Notes under the pieces: generated by a model
The model's database searches: none
Told to the model about the DNA's origin: nothing
What the model saw: the letters and a program-made list of their open reading frames with translations, nothing else
Part shown: positions 57,617 through 64,000 of the stretch, in pieces
Position numbering within the stretch: position 1 is the first letter of the stretch
Layout of the letters: each line of letters starts with the position of its first letter
Program-made: the position numbers and the translations under genes
Origin: Salinisphaera sp.
GTDB taxonomy: Bacteria > Pseudomonadota > Gammaproteobacteria > Nevskiales > Salinisphaeraceae
Assembly: GCF_035690525.1 (NCBI RefSeq)
Contig: NZ_DASSKM010000085.1
Coordinates: 5,952-69,951 of the forward strand
Length of the DNA: 64,000 nucleotides
Direction: 5' to 3'

Positions 57617-57748
57617 GTAGGTCGATGAGCGGATCCATATACGGCTTAGGCCGAAGGCCGTAAGCCGACATCCACGAGCCGCACCGGCGACCCGCGAGGC
57701 ACAGGGCTTCGTTCCCATCGGATTACGCCTCCGGCTAATCCGACCTAC
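57617..57748. repeat. GTAG-type REP pair (BIME-like), partly degenerate
   Basis: gtaggtcg.. at 57617; cggcttaggccgaaggccgtaagccg hairpin; tcggattacgcctccggctaatccgacctac at 57718-48. Confidence 0.7.
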
Positions 57749-57753
57749 ATGAT

Positions 57754-58128
57754 CTAAAGACTATTGACGAGTTTCCGTACCGCGGGCGCAAAGCAGTCGA
57801 GCCGATCGAGCGGCCACCAGGCCACCTCGCTCACTTCCGCGGCGGGCGTGGGCTGCCCGCGCCAACTGCCGGAAAAACAGTTCAACTCGACCTGGCCGTC
57901 ACCGGCCAGATCCGGGCCGAGCACCCGCCCGGTGAGCGTGATATCGGCTGCATCGAGCTCGATACCGAGTTCCTCGCGCACCTCGCGGCAGGCGGCGTCG
58001 GCCGGCGCCTCGCCGGGTTCGATCTTGCCGCCCGGCAGATACCAGAGCATGTTATCGCGAACACGAACCAGCAGAATCCGCCCATTCTCGACCGCCAGCA
58101 GGCACGCACATCGGATCGGCGGGTTCAT
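57754..58128 (-). CDS. NUDIX hydrolase
   Basis: Nudix box PGGKIEPGE....AACREVREELG. Confidence 0.9.
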   Translation of the reverse strand: MNPPIRCACLLAVENGRILLVRVRDNMLWYLPGGKIEPGEAPADAACREVREELGIELDAADITLTGRVLGPDLAGDGQVELNCFSGSWRGQPTPAAEVSEVAWWPLDRLDCFAPAVRKLVNSL

Positions 58129-58129
58129 G

Positions 58130-58813
58130 TCAGCCGGCGGCCTCCAAATTGCGCCAATCGGCCTCGGTCAACGACCCCAGGCCTTCGCGCACATCGGCCT
58201 CGATGGCGAAACGCAGCGCCTGGGCGTCACGCGCGGCGATCGCCCGCAGCGCCTCGACGTGCCGGTCGACGATGTATTCGCTGCCGATGTGATGGATGGC
58301 CAGGCGTAGAAACGGCGAGAACTGCAGCCAGACGGACTCGATCAGCGGCATGATGGCCGAGGCGTCGCCCACGTCGTAGAGCGTGAAATGAAACGCCCGG
58401 TGGCGCTGCAGATAGGTTCGGATCTCACCGGCCTCGATCGCGGTGTCGACCTTGGCGTCGAGCTCCCAGAGCCGGTCGAGATGGGCATCGTCGATCAGCG
58501 GCATGGCGCGTTCGGCGGCAAACGCTTCGAGATTCGCGCGCACCGCGCACAAATCCGACAGCTTGGCCGGGGTCATGCGCGGCACGCTCACGCGCCGGTT
58601 GCCATGGGATTCCAGCGCGCGCTCGGCCACCAGCCGGCGCAGCGCCTCGCGCACCGGCGTCGGACTGGTGCCCAGCATCTGCGCGATGCCGCGCAGCGTC
58701 ACGCTGCGCCCGGGCACGAACTGCCCCGTCAGCACGGCCTCCTTGAGCTGGAGATAAACCCATTCCTGGCGCGTAATGCCGGCGCCATCAAGCTCGACCG
58801 GGGCGATCTCCAT
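58130..58813 (-). CDS. GntR family regulator with FCD domain
   Basis: VY.QL+.A+L.GQF.PG, +A..LGTS.TPVREAL.RL, H..FH..LY. Confidence 0.9.
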   Translation of the reverse strand: MEIAPVELDGAGITRQEWVYLQLKEAVLTGQFVPGRSVTLRGIAQMLGTSPTPVREALRRLVAERALESHGNRRVSVPRMTPAKLSDLCAVRANLEAFAAERAMPLIDDAHLDRLWELDAKVDTAIEAGEIRTYLQRHRAFHFTLYDVGDASAIMPLIESVWLQFSPFLRLAIHHIGSEYIVDRHVEALRAIAARDAQALRFAIEADVREGLGSLTEADWRNLEAAG

Positions 58814-58925
58814 GTCGTCGACGGATACGGTGGATGAAGCCAAACGGGTGTTCGTTAAGCGCCGTGGATGGCCCGACTTTAGCAGAGCACGCAGCCGGAC
58901 GTTGCAGCCGAGGCGGGCGATTGCT

Positions 58926-58943
58926 AATTTGTGATCACATTTT
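58926..58943. promoter_or_regulatory. Palindromic operator between gntR and puuA
   Basis: AATTTGTGATCACATTTT, ending 2 nt before ATG 58945. Confidence 0.7.
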
Positions 58944-58944
58944 C

Positions 58945-60321
58945 ATGCCACCTACGCCCATGTCGGATGCCGACCTGCCGGCCGACGCACGCGCGGTAAT
59001 CGACGCGCTGCCGGATCTGGAATTCATCGAAGCTTATATTGTCGATATCAACGGCATCGCGCGCGGCAAGCGGCTGCCGGCGGCCAGCCTCGGGCGAGTC
59101 TATCGCAAGGGCCTGAACCTGCCGCTGTCCACGCCGCTGCTGGATATCTGGGGGCACGAGGTCGAGGCGACGGGCCTGGCGATCGCCTCGGGCGATGCCG
59201 ACCGGCCCTGCCTGCCGGTCGCCGGCAGCCTGCGCCCGATGCCCTGGAGCAGGCGCGGCGCCGCGCAGATGCTGCTGATGATGCACGAGGCCGACGGTTC
59301 GCGTTTTGCCGGCGACCCGCGCGCGATACTCGCCGCCGCGCTCGATCGACTGGCCGCGCGCGGGTTGACGCCGGTGGTGGCGACCGAACTCGAGTTCCGC
59401 CTGTTCGAGGCCGAACCGGATGCTGCCGGCCGGCCGGTGCCGGCTCATCTGTCGACCCGGCCCGGCCGGCGCTCGCAGCTCTACGGCATTGAGGAACTGG
59501 ACAATCTGGACGATCTGTTCGGCGCGATCGAAGCGGCCTGCGTCGCCCAGGGCCTGCCGATGGACACGCTGATCGCCGAACAGGGCGAAGCCCAGTACGA
59601 AATCAATCTCGAGCACGTCGGCCACGCCCTGCTGGCCGCGGACCAGGCCGTCCTACTCAAGCGCACGATCAAGGCCTGCGCGCGCCGCCACGGCCTGGCC
59701 GCGAGTTTCATGGCCAAGCCGTTCGGCGACTCGGCCGGCAACGGCATGCACGTGCACGTCAGCCTGCTCGATAAAAACGGCGACAACGTGTTCGCCGACG
59801 ACCACGGCGAAACCGGGCCTCTGATGCAGTGCGTCGCCGGACTGCTTGAAACCATGGCGGAGTCGACCGCGATCTTCGCGCCGCACGACAACTCGTTCCG
59901 TCGTTTTCAGGCGGCCAGCCATGCGCCGCTCGCTCCGGCTTGGGGCGTGGACAATCGGACCACGGCGATCCGCCTACCGCTGGCCGAGCCGGTGGCCTCG
60001 CGTATCGAGCACCGGGTCGCCGGCGCCGATGCCAATCCCTATCTCGTGCTGGCCGCCGTGCTCGCCGGCATGGAATACGGCATGGCGCGCCAACTCGCGC
60101 CACCGCCCGAGACCGTGGGCGACGCCTATAGCCAACACCAGGCCTCGCTGCCGGATGCCTGGGGCACGGCGATCGACGCCTTCGAGGAATCGGGCTTCAT
60201 CGCCGACCATCTCGGCGCCGATTTCCGGCGCTGGTACGCCGCGGTCAAGCGTCAGGAACGCGAGCGCCTGCGCGCGATCGTGCCGGCCGCCGAGTACGAC
60301 GCCTACCTGCGCACCGTCTAG
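58945..60321 (+). CDS. puuA: Glutamine synthetase-like gamma-glutamyl-polyamine ligase
   Basis: D+NG+.RGK, ELEF.L, E.G..QYEIN, FMAKP+.+.AGNG.HVH.S, WG.DNRT.A+R, EHR..GADANPY. Confidence 0.82.
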   Translation: MPPTPMSDADLPADARAVIDALPDLEFIEAYIVDINGIARGKRLPAASLGRVYRKGLNLPLSTPLLDIWGHEVEATGLAIASGDADRPCLPVAGSLRPMPWSRRGAAQMLLMMHEADGSRFAGDPRAILAAALDRLAARGLTPVVATELEFRLFEAEPDAAGRPVPAHLSTRPGRRSQLYGIEELDNLDDLFGAIEAACVAQGLPMDTLIAEQGEAQYEINLEHVGHALLAADQAVLLKRTIKACARRHGLAASFMAKPFGDSAGNGMHVHVSLLDKNGDNVFADDHGETGPLMQCVAGLLETMAESTAIFAPHDNSFRRFQAASHAPLAPAWGVDNRTTAIRLPLAEPVASRIEHRVAGADANPYLVLAAVLAGMEYGMARQLAPPPETVGDAYSQHQASLPDAWGTAIDAFEESGFIADHLGADFRRWYAAVKRQERERLRAIVPAAEYDAYLRTV

Positions 60322-60363
60322 CCGAACCTACGGCCCGCACCTAACGCGATAGAGATCCGAGCC

Positions 60364-61671
60364 ATGAGCCGCAACCCGAACAAGCAGAGTTTTCCCGCGC
60401 CGCATGCGCCGTCCTACTATGCCGCGACCGCGCACCCCGCGCCGCAACGCCCCTCTTTGGCCGGCGCGGTGCGTACGCAGGTATGCATCGTCGGCGGCGG
60501 ATTCTCGGGCTTGGCGACCGCGCTGTCGCTGGCCGAGCGCGGCTATGAGGTCGCCGTGGTCGAGGCCAACCAAGTCGGCTGGGGCGCCTCGGGACGCAAC
60601 GGCGGCCAGTTGGTCAACGGCTATTCGCGCGATCTGGACGTGGTCGAACGCCGCTACGGCAGCGCGGCCGCCCGGGCGCTGGGCGCGATGGCGTTCGAGG
60701 GCGCGGCCGTCATCCGCGAGCGCGTGGCCCGCTACGGCATCGACTGCGATCTGCGCGACGGCGGCGTGTTCGCCGCGCTCAACGAGCGCCAACTCAACGA
60801 ACTGAAAACCCGCGTGACGAGCTGGCAATCCTATGGCCACGACGAACTGCAGATGCTCGACGAGAACAGCATCCGCGAGCACAGCAATACCGACTTGTAT
60901 GTCGGCGGCCTGCTCGACAAGCGGGGCGGCCATTTGCATCCGCTGAACCTCGCGTTGGGCGAGGCGGCCGCGATCGAATCGCTGAGCGGGGCGATCTACG
61001 AGCGCTCGCCGGTGATCCGGATCGAGTCCGGCGCCCAGCCGACGGTGCATACGGCCGGCGGCCAGGTTCGCGCCGATACGATCGTGGTCTGCGGCAACGC
61101 CTATCTCGGCAAGACCGTGCCGGCGCTGCGCGACCGCGTGATGCCGGTCGCCACGCAGGTTATGGCCACCGAGCGGCTGGCAGAGGCGACGGCCGCTCGG
61201 CTGATGCCGGCCGGCAGCTGCGTGGAAGACTGCAACTATATGCTCGACTACTACCGGATGAGCGCCGATCACCGGCTGCTGTTCGGCGGCGGCACGGTCT
61301 ACGGCGGCACCACGCCGGCCGATATCGAGGCCAAGCTGCGCCCGCACCTGGCGCGCACTTTTCCCGAACTCGCCGATGTACGCATCGACTACGCCTGGTC
61401 GGGCAACTTCGCGCTCACGCTCACCCGTATCCCGCATATGGGCGAACTCGAGAACAACGTGTTCTTCAGTCATGGCTATTCCGGCCACGGCGTAACCACC
61501 ACCCATTTGGCGGGCCGCTTGATCGCCGAGGCGATCAGCGGCGAGCGCGAACGCTTCGACGCCTTCGCCGCGCTGAAAAATTATGCGTTTCCGGGCGGCC
61601 GGCTGTTTCGAGTGCCCTTGTCGGTGCTGGGCTCCTGGTATTACCAGACGCGGGAGAAAATAGGTTTTTAA
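60364..61671 (+). CDS. puuB: Gamma-glutamylputrescine oxidase-like FAD oxidoreductase
   Basis: SYYAAT, VC+VGGG+SGL, GWGASGRNGGQ, GHLHPLNL, GYSGHGV. Confidence 0.87.
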   Translation: MSRNPNKQSFPAPHAPSYYAATAHPAPQRPSLAGAVRTQVCIVGGGFSGLATALSLAERGYEVAVVEANQVGWGASGRNGGQLVNGYSRDLDVVERRYGSAAARALGAMAFEGAAVIRERVARYGIDCDLRDGGVFAALNERQLNELKTRVTSWQSYGHDELQMLDENSIREHSNTDLYVGGLLDKRGGHLHPLNLALGEAAAIESLSGAIYERSPVIRIESGAQPTVHTAGGQVRADTIVVCGNAYLGKTVPALRDRVMPVATQVMATERLAEATAARLMPAGSCVEDCNYMLDYYRMSADHRLLFGGGTVYGGTTPADIEAKLRPHLARTFPELADVRIDYAWSGNFALTLTRIPHMGELENNVFFSHGYSGHGVTTTHLAGRLIAEAISGERERFDAFAALKNYAFPGGRLFRVPLSVLGSWYYQTREKIGF

Positions 61672-61721
61672 GGGTTTCTATAAAAGTGAAGCGCGGAAAG
61701 CTGTAAAAATAATATCTTCAT

Positions 61722-61818
61722 GTAGGTCGGATTAGCGCGCAGCGCGTAATCCGACGCCAAACGGGAATGTCCGCCGTCGTATTCTGTCGGATTACGGCTG
61801 ACGCCTAATCCGACCTAC
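61722..61818. repeat. GTAG-type REP inverted pair (BIME-like)
   Basis: gtaggtcggattagcgcgcagcgcgtaatccgac ... gtcggattacggctgacgcctaatccgacctac. Confidence 0.88.
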
Positions 61819-61832
61819 ACGAATTCATGCGT

Positions 61833-63152
61833 TTACCTCTTGACACCGTCGCGAGCGCGGGCGGCATCGGGGTCGAGCACGATTTCGATCCGCGTGCCCT
61901 CGCCCGGCTCGCTTTCGGCATGGATCGGCCAGCCCTGGCGGTCGCAGATGCGCGAGACCAGATAGAGCCCGATACCAAGCCCCGGGCTGTCGGCCATGCG
62001 GTACTGGCGTTCGAAGATATGGGTCAGCGCCTCGGGCGGCATACCGGAGCCGGTATCGGTCACGCTGATGCGCTCGGGCGTGACCTCGACCCACAGCCGG
62101 CCGTTCCCGGTATAACGCACGGCGTTGTCGATCAGGTTGTGCAGCACGCTGTAGATCACGCCCTCGGGCAGCGGTAGCGGCGTGGAGCGCGCCTCCACCG
62201 TCAGTTCGATCGCCTTGGCGATCATCGCGTCGCGTTGATACACCAGCACATCGTCGAGCACCACGGCGGCGTCGCTCAGGACTTCGTTCTCGCGCTCGGC
62301 ATCCCGCGCCAGATACAGCAGCGCGGTCACCAGGCGCTGCATGCGCTCGCAGGCATGGCGCACGCGCAGCACGCGGTCGCGGGCGCGCGCGTCGAGATCG
62401 GGCATATCGTCGAGCAGCTCGCTGGCGTTCAGCGCGACCGCCAACGGCGTGCGCAGTTCGTGGCTGGCGTCCTCGGTAAACGCTTTCTCGCGGGCGATCG
62501 CGGCGTCGAAGCGCCCGATCAGTGCGTCGAAGCTCTCCGCGATGTCGCGCATATCGCGATCGCCGTAGTCGGCGGCGATCGGCGGGTTCGACCGGCCCGG
62601 CCGATAGCTGGACAGGCGCTCGGCCAGCAACCGCACGGGCCGCAGGATGAGATAGGAAAAACCGATGCCGATCAGCAGCGCGAGCACGATCACCACCGCC
62701 AGCGTCGCCCAGCCGAGCGTGGCCAGCCGATCCTCGAACTCCTCCACATCCTCCACGTTGACCATCATATAAATGGCGGCGTCGCCCACGTCGCGCCGGC
62801 CCGAGTAGTATTCACGGCCGTGGTATTGGACCACCGCGTGGTCGTTGTCGGCGATCTTCTTGAGCACCGCGGGCAAGTTCGGATCGCGGCGCGGCGCATG
62901 GCTCACATAAACCCAACCGGTCCGCCCCCGCCGCCCCTCGATCGACACCCCCTGCCGGTAGTCGATTACAAGGCTGGCCAATTCCCGGTCCAGGGTGTCG
63001 AGCTGCAATTCGTCCTGCAAAATGCCGACCAGGGCATAAATCGCGAGCGCAAAGCCGATGCAGGCCGCGAACGCGATCGACAGCATGCCGATCGCAACGC
63101 GCGTGCGCAGCCCGACCGCGGCGGACAGCGCGCGGCGCAGCCGGCGGATCAC
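61833..63152 (-). CDS. Sensor histidine kinase (HAMP-HisKA-HATPase)
   Basis: Two TM segments, F...ASHELRTPLA, NL+.NA+RY, D.G.G, GLG+GL; GTG start overlapping the regulator stop (GTGA). Confidence 0.9.
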   Translation of the reverse strand: MIRRLRRALSAAVGLRTRVAIGMLSIAFAACIGFALAIYALVGILQDELQLDTLDRELASLVIDYRQGVSIEGRRGRTGWVYVSHAPRRDPNLPAVLKKIADNDHAVVQYHGREYYSGRRDVGDAAIYMMVNVEDVEEFEDRLATLGWATLAVVIVLALLIGIGFSYLILRPVRLLAERLSSYRPGRSNPPIAADYGDRDMRDIAESFDALIGRFDAAIAREKAFTEDASHELRTPLAVALNASELLDDMPDLDARARDRVLRVRHACERMQRLVTALLYLARDAERENEVLSDAAVVLDDVLVYQRDAMIAKAIELTVEARSTPLPLPEGVIYSVLHNLIDNAVRYTGNGRLWVEVTPERISVTDTGSGMPPEALTHIFERQYRMADSPGLGIGLYLVSRICDRQGWPIHAESEPGEGTRIEIVLDPDAARARDGVKR

Positions 63153-63826
63153 GTGGTTTCGAGCAGCCGATAGCCCACGCCGTGCACGGTATGGATGACC
63201 GGCTGACCAGCGGCGGCTTCGAGCAATTCGCGCAGACGATGCACATGCCCGCGCAGCGCGGCGTCGGACTCGGGCGGCTCGCCGTTCCAGATCTTGGCTT
63301 CGAAATCGGCGCGCGAAACCAGCCCGGGCGCGGCCCGCATGAGCATCTCGAGCATGGAAAAGCTGATCGGCGTCAGCTCGATCGACTGCTCGCGATAGCG
63401 CACCACATGGCTGTTCACATCCAAACTCAGGGCGCCGACCGTCAGCGCCCCCTGATCGGCCGGCTGATGACGGCGCACGATCGCGCGCAGGCGTAAATAC
63501 ATTTCGCGCAGCGAGAACGGTTTGACCAGATAATCGTCGGTGCCGGCCTCGAAGCCCTCGATGCGGTCCTCGACCGTGTCGCGCGCGGTGAGCATCAGGA
63601 TCGGCGTGCTCACGCCCTGCTCCTCGCGCAGCCGCCGGCACAGCGATATGCCATCCAAACGCGGCAGGCGCAGGTCCAGGATCAACGCGTCGTAAACCTC
63701 GGCCATGCAAAGCTGCAAGCCGATCCGGCCGTCGCTGGCAAAATCCGGCTCGTCGCCCTGCTCTTCCAGATATTCGCCGAGATTGGCGGCCAGCGTCGGG
63801 TCATCCTCGACGATCAATACGCGCAT
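63149..63826 (-). CDS. OmpR family response regulator
   Basis: L+VEDD, +LD+.LP..DG, LTARD, DDYLVKPF, +HTVHG+GY. Confidence 0.93.
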   Translation of the reverse strand: MRVLIVEDDPTLAANLGEYLEEQGDEPDFASDGRIGLQLCMAEVYDALILDLRLPRLDGISLCRRLREEQGVSTPILMLTARDTVEDRIEGFEAGTDDYLVKPFSLREMYLRLRAIVRRHQPADQGALTVGALSLDVNSHVVRYREQSIELTPISFSMLEMLMRAAPGLVSRADFEAKIWNGEPPESDAALRGHVHRLRELLEAAAGQPVIHTVHGVGYRLLETT

Positions 63827-63924
63827 CGGTTCTCATATCCTAGAGCCTGTTCGTGATCCTAAAGACGTCGCGCGCCGGGCGAACCCGCTCTCCCCGGCGC
63901 CTCATACCAGCCGTTATAATGAGG

Positions 63925-64000
63925 AACGATAGCCGATAAGAAAAAGAGCAAGTCCGCAAATAAACGCCGATGCACGCAAGATAAAGAAAATTTATTTCCA
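63925..64000. repeat. AT-rich dispersed repeat, copy 2 (runs to window edge)
   Basis: First 48 nt identical to the reverse complement of 19898-19945; the next 28 nt are similar. Confidence 0.85.

Noticed and set aside
61833-63710. 625-aa ORF as a single protein
   Set aside because: The first 186 codons are an alternate frame of the response regulator; the kinase starts at GTG 63152.
1-64000. tRNA, rRNA, intact IS transposase or prophage genes
   Set aside because: None recognised in the sequence or the ORF track.

Overview
GC-rich, gammaproteobacterial-looking chromosome segment (the taxonomy is inferred), mostly housekeeping and metabolic genes. These include prc, nhaD, arfB, poxB, panE, aceA, a fructose PTS, agmatine and gamma-glutamyl-putrescine catabolism genes, a PHA synthesis and mobilisation cluster, and a two-component system. 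Two accessory loci stand out. (1) A visibly AT-richer island at about 27.6-31.1 kb is an integrase-less integron-type cassette array on the minus strand. In order it holds a broken small ORF, an AT-rich attI-like site, a cassette with a two-gene type I CBASS (CD-NTase plus 2TM beta-rich effector) closed by an intact 72-bp attC, a second cassette whose gene is overwritten by a tandem repeat and ends in a degenerate attC, and then hicAB translationally coupled to a ccdAB relic that the ORF track missed. (2) At 12.7-17.1 kb, a radical-SAM / DUF4130-UdgX DNA-repair operon has a near-consensus LexA box at its start, a SatD + DUF3307 pair inserted in its middle, and a 46-bp palindrome. Other observations: a fru operon with no fruK next to a decayed fruR/cra, a HisD paralogue in a catabolic operon, matching operator palindromes (PhaR-, GntR- and TetR-type), and several dispersed non-coding repeats. 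All family assignments come from recognised motifs and context; no database searches were run.
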